The translations under genes and the position numbers were made by a program. DNA of 63,262 bases, filler included, from Reticulomyxa filosa (lineage: Eukaryota; Protista; Foraminifera): assembly GCA_000512085.1 (NCBI GenBank). It is 21 parts of 21 records of this genome, joined end to end, with 100 filler letters (N's around TTAATTAATTAA, not from the genome) between each part and the next. Parts side by side here need not be neighbours in the genome. Positions count along the whole stretch, not along the records: positions 37,476 to 38,746 come from ASPP01007485.1; positions 38,847 to 41,165 come from ASPP01029388.1; positions 41,266 to 43,132 come from ASPP01039696.1; positions 43,233 to 45,561 come from ASPP01006025.1; positions 45,662 to 46,941 come from ASPP01045401.1; positions 47,042 to 48,140 come from ASPP01044886.1; positions 48,241 to 53,110 come from ASPP01017777.1; 14 more parts are not named here. One strand, given 5' to 3'. Under the pieces are notes generated by a model. The model made no database searches. It was given only the letters and a program-made list of their open reading frames with translations, and had not been told where the DNA came from. Position 1 is the stretch's first letter. Each line of letters starts with the position of its first letter. Positions 37,560 to 50,529 of this stretch are shown here, piece by piece.

Positions 37560-38392
37560 TTTGATGCTGGCGGTGGTGGTTGGACAGAAAGGGGGGTCAA
37601 AGGGCCCCGAGTTCACTTTGGGCTGCGAGTACGATTGGTAGTGATAAGATGTGGCTGGAGTGTTCCAATGATTGTCCAAGCGCGACTGCGAGACTGGCAT
37701 CAGCTCGTATTCTTGCGCCTGACATAAGTCGGCCAAGCACACGAAGCACTGTCCGCAGCAAAGCAAGTCTACTATTTGGCACACACATTGCCATAGGATT
37801 GACAGGCAAGCACAGCAGGCGCCCCTCCTTGGCCGACCAAAGCAGCTGCAGTCTCTACACATTGATAATGTTGACGATTCGAATTTCCCTCTTTTTTTTT
37901 TCCCCAAGTTTAAATTTGAAATACACACTTTTTTTTTTACAAAAAATTTTTTAAATTTAAAAAATTAAAAAAAAAAAAAAAGAAAAACTTGGCTTGAATC
38001 CATTGCGAAAGCAACAACAGCCCAGGACACCAATGGACCATGCACAAGTAACGTGGATACGTGTGCATGGCATGTTTGATGCGGTAGTCGCAGCGAGGAT
38101 TGGCACGCTTGTGTATGTGGGCGACATTGGCCGCCGCGCGAGGAGCGCGATCGTACACCATGTTTCCGTCTTTGACGTGCAGCTGCTTGACGGACTCGAA
38201 CATGGGGTCGTGTGCAATAAAGCCGATATTGCGCCGCTGCTCTTCCGTCGTGCACCACCGGCAACAAAGTGTCGATATCCCCATGTAGCACACAAACACA
38301 ATTCCGTGGATAAGCACATAGCCTGCGATCAGATACCATGCCGAAAGAGATATCCCAATCGTGTCATTTCCATTTGAATTCGTATTTGGTAT

Positions 38393-38437
<45 letters not shown>

Positions 38438-38602
38438 GTTATTAGTAGTACTCTCATTGTCAGGGGCTTGTATTGCTATAAAGCCCACGAATAGACTTAC
38501 TATCAGTGGCGACAATATTCGACCAAGCCCTTCGGCGCCTAGTGATACGTAGCTTACAAATGCCTTGCCACGATCACTTGGGATTGAATACAATATTGAC
38601 AC
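37560..38602 (-). CDS. Hypothetical membrane protein fragment, multi-exon
   Basis: Two hydrophobic segments flanking poly-N, followed by a Cys-rich exon (37428-37928 ORF). No family recognised. Confidence 0.4.
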
Positions 38603-39339
38603 CCAACTACTTATTATTATTGTGCTACCACATATCCCTACAAATACATTTATTTAAATATATACATATATGTATATTATATTTATATAATAATGTATGT
38701 AAAATATACAATATATATATATATACATATATATTATATACATATANNNNNNNNNNNNNNNNNNNNNNNNNNNNNNNNNNNNNNNNNNNNTTAATTAATT
38801 AANNNNNNNNNNNNNNNNNNNNNNNNNNNNNNNNNNNNNNNNNNNNCCATAAAAAAAATTCTATGTGTCCCCTACCCATAACAAAAGAAAAAAAAAATAG
38901 ATTTGCTGGAATTGGAGCTTTTGGCTCCACATCAAAAGTATCTTTTTTTGCTTTTTCTTTAAAAAAAATTATTTAATTTGTGCTTGTGTGTATAGGAAAC
39001 GATATCAAGGAACGATTGGAAAGTTTTTGTTATTTATTTTTTATTTATGTTTGAGGTGGGGATAGTGAACTTGGGGGAAAGAAAATATATGAATGGGAAA
39101 AAAAGGGGTTAAAATTTTTTTTAAGAAAAATGTAAAAAGAAAATGAGAAAATGAAAAAAAGATAAAAAATGTTGTAAAAAGAAAAAGAAAAAAATGAAAA
39201 AAAAGATCCAAAAAATGTTTGAAAAAAAAAAAAAAAGAAAAAGATTAATTGAAAAAGGGAAAAAAAAGATTAAAAAGAGAAAAAAAAAAAGAAAAAGAGA
39301 AAAAAAATATTAGTAAAAAGAAAAAAAAATTTGGAGATG

Positions 39340-40840
39340 CGCATTAGCGCGCTGTTCAAAGAAGAAGTCGTTTTAGACAATGAGACGACATGAATTTTTT
39401 ATTGCTGAGCTGGACAATTGCATTATAACGCAAACGACGGCAATGTGAATAACAAGATACTTTACCTCAGACAAAGGTCGCCGATTATTTGTTTGAAAAA
39501 TAAAGTTCTGCGATGTGATTAGTCAAGACGAAGAAAAAAAGATAACGTAATCGTTGCTGTTGATTCAGGAAATTGGTAATAGTGATTGCGAGAAGCCAGT
39601 GCAAAGATTGGAGTTATTCGTTTAATTGGACCAAAAGACTTTTCAATATGTGTTAATTATAGCAAGTTGGATCGATGAAGTCACATGCAGCCGGCAGCAG
39701 TATCAATGGAGTTACTTATTTGATTGTATATATTTACGTGATTATTTCACTTTACTATATAACATCTTCGAAAACTTGGTATTTGCGCTGCAATCAACAC
39801 AATAAACAGCCTAGCATGATGACGAAGACGACTCGCTTCATTCTAAAGTTGACATTTTGTTTTGTGTTATTTCTGTTTGTAATAATAAACAATAAATAAA
39901 TACATATTTATATGACAAAGATAGAAGCAGATGCGGAACAGTATCGTTTGGTGTATCATATGTCAGTTGGAATTTGCACAAAGAAACGCAGTCTCCAATG
40001 CAGCAATCTGCACAAAAAGGGCAGCCATGTGAAATTGAAATCTTGCAAAACACGACGAACTTCAGTGGCCGAGTGGTAAAGACAACGAGTGCGTGCAAGA
40101 GTAACAACGATGGAAGGTGAAACTGTACAACAAAAAGAAAAGAAACACGAAACACTTGGCAGTGAAGGAAGAAAACGTAGTCTTATTGTTTACTGGGAAA
40201 TACCATCGGATTCTGCCCACGGAGGATTGACCGGATGCCTTTAATAGGAGGTCATGTTCGAACAAGGCTGCGCAATTTGAACCATTTGTTTCTTAAAAGC
40301 ATATTCCAAAGATCAAATTGCCATTGAGTTGGACAAGTGGCAGCCCTCTGCAAATAACTGCATTTAAAGAATCCATGGACATTCACATTGACAAGACGGA
40401 TAAGGATATCTTAGTGTGTTTTGCTGCTTGAGCTTGGTTCGGTACGACGTAGTCCAATCCCGGTTCCAGTCGACGATAAAGTAAAAATGATCCATGTCAA
40501 AACGAAGCGATGTCAAATTCATTAGATTTAGCATATGCGATGAAATGATCATTTTGGAGTTGATCAATTGATAAAGTGTGCACATGACAGATAAAGGGGT
40601 CATGACGGATAAAGGGTGCACATGACGGAAAATTCCATGTCGTAGGAGTTACCAAGGGCTGCCGTGATAGGGTCGACACAAGAAGCAAAAACGTCAAAGT
40701 TGGCAGTCGTGTTCGTAAAGGTGTCGTGAAATGGGTTGGCGGGCTAACTTTAGTGGCTGCGAGAAACGGGACTCGAACTCGATAATTGGTGGATCGATAA
40801 TTATGATGGAAGAAATACTCCAAGTTCACAACAACAGTAA
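39340..40840 (+). pseudogene. Pseudogene of a multi-CAP-Gly domain protein (at least 4 repeats)
   Basis: Frameshifted pieces: ELDN/HYNANDGNVNN/RYFTSDKGRRLFV (about 39407-39493); KIGVIRLIGPKDFS...LDR*/GSSINGVTYL (about 39604-39722); KDQIAIELDKWQPSANN (about 40308-40360); VKVGSRVRKGVVKWVG/GLELDNW..NYDG (about 40692-40810). Confidence 0.65.
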
Positions 40841-43232
40841 AAAAAGAATATCCTTATCTTGTGTTATCATATTTGTGCGTGTTTCAATACAGTGTAACGA
40901 AAGCAGTGAATCTTGTTCGTCGACGTTACGGGTAAACATAATATTGAGTGAAAAGCATGGAAAGTGCTTATCAACAAAGGATCATTGCAGAAAGACCAGG
41001 TCGAAGTGTTGGGCAAAAAGAAAAATTCAAATAAGAGATGCACCATTTGGAAAAATCTTCTCCTTCAATTTGCAAGACTTAGCTCGTGAAAAACGATGTG
41101 ATGAAAACACTCGGCCGCGAACAGAAACAATGACTAAAGATCTTTGGACGGTATCAAAAAAGAGANNNNNNNNNNNNNNNNNNNNNNNNNNNNNNNNNNN
41201 NNNNNNNNNTTAATTAATTAANNNNNNNNNNNNNNNNNNNNNNNNNNNNNNNNNNNNNNNNNNNNTAGATGATGTAAAAGGAAAAGATGTTTGAGATAAA
41301 AAGAAAAAAAATGTGTTAAAAATTGAATATATCACGTATATTACAAATTATATTACATTGTAAGCTATATCACATGCTAAATAGTTCTAGATTGAATAAA
41401 CAACTAAAAATACATAATAAATTGAATAGTAAGCAAATACTTTGAGCTTTGTTCTGAAATATGTTAATGTCAATTTAATTTAGTATATTTGATGTAGTTA
41501 TTACACACACCAAAAATAACGATTTACTGCAGTGCCGTAAATCATAAAATACATTCCACAAATTGCAAAAGCTATTGTATTCAAACCCAAATGAACATAA
41601 GTTTTTTAAATACTAGTGAACTACAATTTTCAACAACATAGACGTTAGTACTGGATTAGCACAACTAACAAATTGCAATTAAAATTTAAAATTAAACTCA
41701 AAACAAACGAATTAAGCAAAAATATTTTTAAAAACTATTATCTTTCTTCTATATCAAATTACCCACTATTACGTCACGCAATTGCATAACATCACCGATA
41801 TCGACCAGCAATTCCGGTATTGCACTTGTGTCAAGTTTCACTATTCACATTCAAAGACTTTACAAAGTTTTTTTTGTTGACACTTTTCAAAGGGCTGGTT
41901 TTTTTTTTAAACATTTGATGGATCAGTAATGCACGGAAATATCGACACAAAAAAGATAAGAAGTAAGAAAAAGAACAAAAAAAGAAACAAAAAACAATGA
42001 GTGATGACGATCAATGTTGTTTGGAAAAAAAAAAGTGCAGCGCAAAGCAAAAGAATACAAGATTAACAGAGTCAGTTCAAAGCCAATGAAAACTGCGACG
42101 ATAACAATGGTGATATTATTGCCTCAAGTAGCAGTGTGTCGAATGATTCCTTTGTAATATAAAAGAATTAAATAAACAAGTATTTACATATAGTACATTT
42201 TAAATAAAATATATAAGTATGTGGAAAAATAATAAATTAGCTATTTGTATCATGAAGAAGTTTCAATAATTGTCTGAACTCATACAAATAACAAATATCA
42301 CTTTCATAATTTCATTTTTTATTTAGATGACAGAATAACACTTAATGACAAAATGTAGATAATACTTATAGATATTCTATGAAAGTAAAATCGATGATAA
42401 TACAAGCATTCATGTCATTGATAGATCTAATGACAGCATGAAAGTACATTTTAGAGAAAATATTTAAAAAGTGAAAAAGTTAAAAATTACGATTCATGTT
42501 GTTAATGTTGTTGAATTTTTTTTAAGTAGTTTTTAACTTTTTTGAAAAAAACAAAATGTAATACATAAAAACAACAAATTCAAAGTTGAGTTGTCTTTTT
42601 TAGCAATAGTGTGGGTCGGTGATCATGTTTTTGAAAATATGGCAGCAGCATCAAATGAAAGAACTTTCGGGTCCACAAGTACAAGCAAACAGTTAATTCT
42701 GACAACATTGTCATTTTGAATAGTATCATTATACCTTAACAAAGAAGGGATAAATTAAACTAAAACAAATAAAACCGCTTTGGGTGTATATGTATGCGTG
42801 AGAGACTTTTAAAATCTATTTTACGTATTTTTGATTGTTATTGTTATCTTCACTTTTCTGTATTTTTGCATTTTCAATCAAGCATTTTATTAAATACAAA
42901 TATCCATTCATGTCTTTTATTTTCCCTTTAAAATCGTATTGACAAAGGAATAATGTATATTATATGATCTAGAATAGGATTTTTGAAAAAGAAATAGCAA
43001 TCAAATGGTAAACAAAATTTTTTATATTGCGTTAACAAAGCAATTTTTTTTTTAATAACAAAAAAACTTAGCTAAAATAAAACTAATTAGAAAACAACAT
43101 GAAAAGAAAATGCATTAAATGTCATTGTATAANNNNNNNNNNNNNNNNNNNNNNNNNNNNNNNNNNNNNNNNNNNNTTAATTAATTAANNNNNNNNNNNN
43201 NNNNNNNNNNNNNNNNNNNNNNNNNNNNNNNN

Positions 43233-44960
43233 GCAAGCTAGCCAGTACCCTGCAGTCGGACGTGATTCTGGTGGGTGCGGCCAACACCCAGCCTAGCCAC
43301 GAACTGGCAGAGAAACTGGAGATCGCCATCCAGGCTTTTGGCAGCCGCAGCAATGCCGTGGCCGGCTACATCCTGAACCGCATCGACACCGAACAGGACG
43401 TCAAGCGCCTGGCCGGCGAGATCGCCGAATCCAGCCAGCTGATCCAGAAGCGCCGCATTCCGTGCCTGGGCGGCATTCCACTGGAGCCGGACCTGATGGC
43501 GCCGCGCACGCTGGACGTGGCCAACTACCTGAAAGCCAAGCTGCTGCACGCCGGCCAGCTGACGCGCCGCCGCGTGCGCAGCATTTCGGTGATGGCGCGC
43601 AGCGTGCCGCACATCGTGCACCTGTTGAAACCGGGTGCACTGGTCATTACCCCGGGCGACCGCGAAGACATCATCCTGGCTACCGCCATGGCCACACTGA
43701 ATGGCGTACCGCTGGCCGGCCTGCTGCTCACGTGCGACGCCGAGCCGGACGAGCGCATCCAGCAGCTGTGCCACAAGGCGTTCACCAGTGGCCTGCCGGT
43801 GCTGTCCATCGAAACCAATACGCTGGATACCACCACGCTGATCGCTGCCATGAACCGTCAGGTACCGGCAGACGACCTGGAACGCATGGAGCGCGTGGTG
43901 GCTTTCGTGGCCGAACGCGTACAAACCGGCCAGCTGCGCCAGCGCATTGGCCAGACCAGCGAAAAACGCCTGTCGCCGCCGGCCTTCCGCTTCCAGCTGA
44001 TGGAAAAAGCGCGTCACGCCGCCAAGCGCATCGTGCTGCCGGAAGGCAACGAGCCGCGCACGGTCAAGGCTGCCGCCATCTGCCACGAGAAAGGCATTGC
44101 CCATTGCGTGCTGATCGGCGAACGCGCCGAGATCCTGCAGGTAGCCGAAGCCCAGGGCGTGGTGCTGCCCGACAGCGTGGAAATCGTGGACCCGAACGAA
44201 GTGCGCGCCCGTTACGTGCCGCCGATGGTCGAGCTGCGCAAGAACAAGGGGCTGAACGCGCCGATGGCCGAACAGCAACTGGAAGACAACGTGGTACTGG
44301 GCACCATGATGCTGGCGCTGGACGAAGTAGACGGCCTGGTCTCCGGCGCCGTGCACACCACCGCCAACACCATCCGCCCGCCCTGCAGCTGATCAAGACC
44401 GCACCGGACGCCAAACTGGTGTCCAGCGTGTTTTCATGCTGATGCCGGACCAGGTACTGGTATATGGTGACTGCGCCGTCAACCCGGACCCGAGCGCCGA
44501 AGAGCTGGCCGACATTGCCATCCAGTCTGCCGATTCGGCGGCGGCGTTCGGCATTCCGCCGCGCGTGGCGATGATCTCCTACTCCACCGGCAGCTCCGGC
44601 AGTGGCGATGACGTGGAAAAAGTGCGCGAAGCCACGCGCATTGCCCGCGAAAAACGCCCCGGCCTGCTGATCGACGGCCCGATGCAGTACGACGCCGCCA
44701 GCGTGGAATCGGTTGGCCGCCAGAAAGCGCCGGATAGCCCGGTAGCCGGCCGCGCCAACGTGTTCGTGTTCCCCGACCTGAACACCGGCAACACCACCTA
44801 CAAGGCGGTGCAACGTTCCGCCAACGTGGTGTCTGTGGGGCCGATGCTGCAGGGCCTGCGCAAGCCGGTAAACGATTTATCGCGTGGCGCTTTGGTCGAC
44901 GACATCGTTTACACCATCGCGCTTACTGCCATCCAGGCCGAGCAGCTGCACCAGCACTGA
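43233..44960 (+). CDS. pta: Bacterial phosphate acetyltransferase, long form with DRTGG domain (5' truncated; two apparent single-base frameshifts near 44380 and 44433)
   Basis: [76 protein letters not shown] and [20 protein letters not shown]...[17 protein letters not shown]. High GC, no introns. Confidence 0.96.
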
Positions 44961-44979
44961 GGCTAAACCATCGACATCC

Positions 44980-45012
44980 AGCCCGCACGGCTTCGCCGCT
45001 GCGGGCTTTTTT
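44980..45012 (+). terminator. Rho-independent terminator downstream of pta
   Basis: AGCCCGCA-CGGC-TTC-GCCG-C-TGCGGGCT stem-loop followed by a T tract, 20 nt after the pta stop. Confidence 0.85.
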
Positions 45013-45169
45013 CATTCCCGACAGCATAAACACTGTCGGTAGAAAACCATCGACCAAGCTGGCGCTTGTTCAATTAAAACAACTGTTTTAGCATCATCAG
45101 AAAAGCATTGAAAAATAACTATACTTTTTAAAGTTGGCGCAGCCCAACACGACACAACGAGGATGCAAC

Positions 45170-45561
45170 ATGTCGCTACACACCATAACCGAGTGGTTCA
45201 TACCCGAACCGGTACGACAGATACCGGACAACCTGATCCGTGCCCGCACCGTGGTCAGCGTCGGCTTGCTGGCCGGCCTGATTTCGCCGCTGTTTGCCAT
45301 TTCCTACTACAAGCTGCACCACGACGCGATGGCACACGGCATCGTGCTGGGCGGCGTCCTGATGCTGCTGGGCCCGCTGCTGCTTAAACTCACCGGCGCG
45401 CTGCGTACCGTGGCGCAGTACATCATCCTCACCATGTTCGCGATGGTCAGCTGGATGGCGTACGTTAACGGCGGCATCATGTCCACCAGCGTGATGTGGT
45501 TTGCCTGCATTCCGTTTGCCGCCATTTTTGTCGGCGGCCGCAATGCTGGCATTGTGTGGAC
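45170..45561 (+). CDS. Bacterial integral-membrane protein N-terminus (possible sensor region of a chemoreceptor, kinase or GGDEF protein), 3' truncated
   Basis: GAGG RBS upstream of ATG 45170; several TM helices; GGIMSTSVMWFACIPFAAIFVGGRNAGIVW. Confidence 0.65.
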
Positions 45562-45661
45562 NNNNNNNNNNNNNNNNNNNNNNNNNNNNNNNNNNNNNNN
45601 NNNNNTTAATTAATTAANNNNNNNNNNNNNNNNNNNNNNNNNNNNNNNNNNNNNNNNNNNN

Positions 45662-46791
45662 GGGGGATAAAGCTAAATGATTCCAAATGCACATTATCAG
45701 TAATAAACAAAAGCAAGCAGACGAAAATGGAAAATATGGAGATAAAAAATATTGTCAGTCAAGTAAAGTATCTCGGTGTGATAATTGACTTGAAGCAATT
45801 GTGCTGGAAGAACCATATCCTTTCAACGCATGAAAAAGTGAATACCATAATTTTAAGAAGTATTGAGCTTAGTATAATTGGAGGAGAACTGACAATCGAT
45901 TTACAACGACGATATTATACTCAAATGATACGTCCAATGATTGAATATGGCGCACGCATAATGACATTGAACAAAACACTAATGAATAAACTAGAGATCC
46001 TCCAACATCGTGTGCTTACAAAAATAACACATACTCATTTCAGTGCCAAAAGATCAGCAACACGTCTCCTTCTTGGAATCCCACCAATTGAAGCGAGGTA
46101 CGACTTCATGTTACTTAGTGGATATTATACATTCATAAAAGACAAGCAAGATTTACTAGTAGGAAAGCTAGTAAGAAAGGAACAAGAATATACTAATATG
46201 AATGAAGATAGAATTAACGGTGGTGACGGGAATCATGAGCCAATGTGTCTGTATAGTATAGATGTATTATCAACACTAACCAAATATAATCTTCAACAGT
46301 ATTGGAAACCGGAAGAACTACCAACAAGTCTATTTATCTGGAAAAGCATATTAAAAACGCAAATATATGATTATCACTTTCAAAGAGATAAAGATGACAT
46401 GGGGAATAACGAACATATGAAAATTTTTATGGACATCGTCACAGCACTCCAAGAACCACACGAAATATATCCTAAAATATATGCAAAACTGCTAGACAAA
46501 GATGAACACAATGGATATCTACTTAAGGTAATAACAGACAATATTAATATTTGTTGGAAACAGAATGTAGCACAAGGGAGAAGATTAATAATCGGGCATT
46601 GCAAATGGTGCGAGGAAGAATGGGAAAATCCAGTACAGCACTTACTGCTAGAGTGTATAGAAACACAAGGAGTTTTTGATAGCACGAAGAGTAGCGACAA
46701 TGAAAAGGATAGTCCACTTATCTGTGATGGACAGCTCACAATAAATGAATTAAAAAGAAGATGCAGCATATTAGAGAAAATACTGAAGTAA
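45662..46791 (+). mobile_element. 3' part of a LINE-type non-LTR retrotransposon ORF2 (RT end, thumb, C-terminal CCHC finger)
   Basis: GIKLNDSKC, VKYLGVIID...WKNHI, YYTQMIRPMIEYGA, LEILQHRVL...LLGIPPIEAR and CKWCEEEWENPVQHLLLEC. Intronless. Confidence 0.85.
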
Positions 46792-49458
46792 TAATTGTTT
46801 AATGCTTTATTGTTTAATACTTTAGTGTAAAAACTTATTGTTTGGAAGAGTATTGTAAAAATTTTGTTTCGACAGTTTTCTGCCAAGTAGAGGCTTTTGT
46901 TTTCGTTTAATTTAAAATGCAAATGCAAAGATTGAATTTGTNNNNNNNNNNNNNNNNNNNNNNNNNNNNNNNNNNNNNNNNNNNNTTAATTAATTAANNN
47001 NNNNNNNNNNNNNNNNNNNNNNNNNNNNNNNNNNNNNNNNNATAAAAAGCTACGAAATTCGAACAATTGGAAAAACACGTCCAACGGTGGCGCCAATCCA
47101 AATAAAAGACATAGCCCAAAGAAGATACTCAACAAAAAGAATCCATTATCACAAGCAAAACAACAAATTCGTCAAATGCTATTTAGATGATGTCACATTT
47201 CCATATTATGTCATTTTGAACGATATTTTCTCTTTGCCTTAAGTTGTTGCAGATGAGCTTAGACAAATTTAGCTTTTTCGTGCTTTTTTTTTGTCTGTAT
47301 TCATTAATCATTATTTCCTTGTTTGAGTTTTCCAATTATTTATTTTTAAGTTAAATGTAATCAAAAGTATTAACAATTTTAACTTCAACTACGACAGCTC
47401 TTGACACAAACTATTTTTTCATTGTTAAAAATAAAATATTTCCAAAAAGACGGCATATACTGCAATCAATCCAAAACTAAACAGCCAAAGAATGAAAATT
47501 TGTGTTGACTGTTTTGGGAAAGCGTAATAAAATAGTAAGTCTGAATGTGATATAATTTTACAAAAGTGAAAACACTAGTTGCGTTTTGTTAGATTATGTG
47601 TTTCCTTGTATGAATTTGCATTTGTATTGTATATTTTTTTTTTGTTTAATATTTAAACTTTTTTTCAGACATAATAAAATAATATTGTTTTTTTTTTTAA
47701 ATATTTTTGTGTTTTAATTTGGAAATAGTTTTTTTAAAACTTGAATATAGTTTGTTTTTTTTTAAGATTGCACTTAGACAAAGAAAAAAAGAAAATTATG
47801 TATGATGAAAATAAACTTGAGTTAATAAACAATGTTTGCGTGTTTGCTTGTTGTTTGTCAAACAAACGAACGGACAAACATAGACAAAAAGATTCGACAA
47901 GGTTATAAATGTCAATTGACAATTTGAAGGCTTGTAGTACCAGTAAATTTAAGTTATATAAAATAAAGACGAAAGTAGCAAAATAAATAATATAAATGAA
48001 GATTTAACTCAAATTTCGAAGCAAATAGAATATGTTAACACAATTTGCTAGCTTGTATAGTAATTTTCAAAAAGCTAAAAAAGATATTATTAATTTTTAG
48101 TACAATTGAAGTTCAGAAAGAAAATACATTGAAAAATTTGNNNNNNNNNNNNNNNNNNNNNNNNNNNNNNNNNNNNNNNNNNNNTTAATTAATTAANNNN
48201 NNNNNNNNNNNNNNNNNNNNNNNNNNNNNNNNNNNNNNNNGTTCCTTCAACGTTCAGATATTTATAGGGCCTTGCCCTACAAGCCTGAAAAGGTTGTCTA
48301 TTCTATATCGAAATAAGCATGTCTATAATGGAATTGATTTTATCATTTAACAGTCAACAAAAATTTTACACAGGAGGAATTTGAAATAAGCTGATTGTTT
48401 GTTGTGACATAGGTGGCAAGAATTACAATCAATATACTTGTGCAGCTTGTTTGGTCCTCGCTTGAATACCACATTATGTTGAGCCGAATACGTCAAATGC
48501 TACTACGATTGACACACTTGAGCAACAATGTTTCGCAATACACCTTTTTTTCTCATCCGACCATTATTATATTTTATTTGATGTGCGTAGTTTGTACGCC
48601 GCAAAAACTTTTGTGCTGCTTTCTTCTTCAATTGCTCGTGTCTTGAGCAGTTCCACTTGCTATCATTAACTTGGTGACGCTCTTAAGAGATTAACTTTTA
48701 AATCTTCGTTCGTATCTGAATTCACGAACATCTAACACTTTGATATCCTTTGTTTTCTTTGACAAAGTCGTAAAATTTCAGCAACTCTTCATTTTGGCCA
48801 TTACCCGAAGGGGGCCATCCCTATATCAAACAAAATAAGTGAACGAAAACTTCAATTTTTGCAATAATCTAATCAAAAAGTGTTTGTTTGCTCAATCACA
48901 AAAAAAAGTTGTAAATGATATATTTTGCTTTAAATTATATTAATTGACTGTTTTTTATTGTTAGTTTTTTTAAATCACTTGGGAAACACTTTGAAAATAA
49001 TAAAAACAATCTAATTAAAATAACTTATTGTCATTTTAAAAAAGAAATGAAATTTTGTAATTTTTTGATTAAGGAAACTGTCCTTCCGCCAAATTAATAA
49101 ACAACAACAAAATTCCATGATTGATAATATGAAAAATTAAATATTTGCTCTAAAACTTTGCAATTTTTCAAAAGAAAAACGTTAAAAATGAACTGATTTG
49201 AATTGTTTTATTTAAAAACAAACTCTGTTTTTTAGTTATTGAACATAAATTTGTTAAATATCTAAACTACTCAAACGTTCGAAAGTGTTTTGAGTTTCCT
49301 CTAGTACCACCTTTTTTATTTCGAGCTTTTCTGGTCGCTAAAGAAATTCGATGCAAAACGATTTTCCCCATACAAATGAAGAGAAGAAAGAAAAAAGCTC
49401 AGAGCAATTGTCACTAACCAAAGCGAAAAAGTTGGATAGGTAAAGTAGAGAAACCCGT

Positions 49459-50529
49459 TTGAAGTGTAACAAAAAAAAAAGGGGGAACCAACTTGAACGA
49501 AAGAAGTTTGGCAAGCAAGAGCACGAACAAACACTAAACAACTTTGCGAAAAAAAAAAAAAGCATTACGAATTGGGTGAAGGAAGCGGAGAAAGAGATGC
49601 AATTGAGCCCAAAGTTGTTTGAGTCACAATTGGTAAAGATATCAAAGGAGTTATCGCTGAAGGCACGAACATTGAATAAAAAGACGATTGAATCGATACG
49701 TTTTGAAGACCCAAAGTTGTCGCAAATTTTGAATGCGACAGACATATGGCAAGGGAGATACGAAGGTGGTATGAAAGTATGGGAATGTAGTGTGGACCTG
49801 TGTACGTACCTTATCAGTCATCCGATCTTTGTAGAGAAGCAGCTGTCGGTTTCAAAGCCCTTGAACATCGCCGAAATTGGTTGCGGACATGGATTGCCAG
49901 CGATAACATTGTTGAAGTTGTTGCAACAAATGGAAGGCATTGACAAAACTATAAGTGTGAATTGGAACGTCACATTTCAAGATTTGAACGTTGACGTGTT
50001 GAAACATTGTTCGTTGGCCAATCTGCTGCTCAATGATATCCAAGTGCCTGGCCATTGTGATGACACGTTGACAGAGGGTGGAAAGCCAAGTCACAAGGAT
50101 GCCAAGCAGATCCACTTTGTGAGTGGCAATTGGAACGATGCCTCGTTGAAAGATGCAATGCTGCAAGTCTTGTCGCCATCCAAAGGGGACAAACACAAAT
50201 ATGATATCATTGTCACAAGTGAAACTATCTATAGCTTGGACAACTTTGATATCTTCACCCAGTTGATCTTGGACTTGCTGGACCAGACTTATGGCGTTTG
50301 CTTGGTCTGTGCTAAGGCATATTACTTTGGCGATGACTTGGGGGGAGGGGTCCAAGAATACTTGTCCTTTCTTCTGAACGATGACAGGTTCAACAAACTG
50401 GTGGATGCTTGTGTCGTCACGCGAGTGGACGACCAAATGTCCAACATTCGGGAAATTTTACTGCTTTACTATCGAAACTCTCAATTTGCAGAGCTTTGGA
50501 AAAAAATGGATATTGAACAAGAAGATTAA
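49459..50529 (+). CDS. METTL18: Histidine protein methyltransferase METTL18/Hpm1-like (true start probably in an upstream exon)
   Basis: DIWQGRYEGGMKVWECSVDL, EIGCGHGLP, VTFQDLNVDVL, YDIIVTSETIYS, AKAYYFG..GGG and NIREIL. Confidence 0.9.
   Translation: MKCNKKKRGNQLERKKFGKQEHEQTLNNFAKKKKSITNWVKEAEKEMQLSPKLFESQLVKISKELSLKARTLNKKTIESIRFEDPKLSQILNATDIWQGRYEGGMKVWECSVDLCTYLISHPIFVEKQLSVSKPLNIAEIGCGHGLPAITLLKLLQQMEGIDKTISVNWNVTFQDLNVDVLKHCSLANLLLNDIQVPGHCDDTLTEGGKPSHKDAKQIHFVSGNWNDASLKDAMLQVLSPSKGDKHKYDIIVTSETIYSLDNFDIFTQLILDLLDQTYGVCLVCAKAYYFGDDLGGGVQEYLSFLLNDDRFNKLVDACVVTRVDDQMSNIREILLLYYRNSQFAELWKKMDIEQED

Noticed and set aside
42600-42700. MAAASNERTFG resembling a hAT dimerisation motif in an AT-rich contig
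   Set aside because: Too short, with no other transposase motifs, ORF or TIR recognisable.
43238-44813. Long antisense and alternate-frame ORFs over pta
   Set aside because: Shadow ORFs expected from high-GC codon bias.
16633-45561. IS66, pta, PEPCK and retroelements as one HGT island or metabolic cluster
   Set aside because: Each lies on a separate contig bounded by artificial spacers.
47042-48140. AT-rich contig as an ncRNA or organellar fragment
   Set aside because: No tRNA, rRNA or ORF signature that I can identify by eye.
48241-48830. Possible decayed minus-strand coding fragment upstream of METTL18
   Set aside because: Multiple stops and no recognisable motif; cannot be supported.
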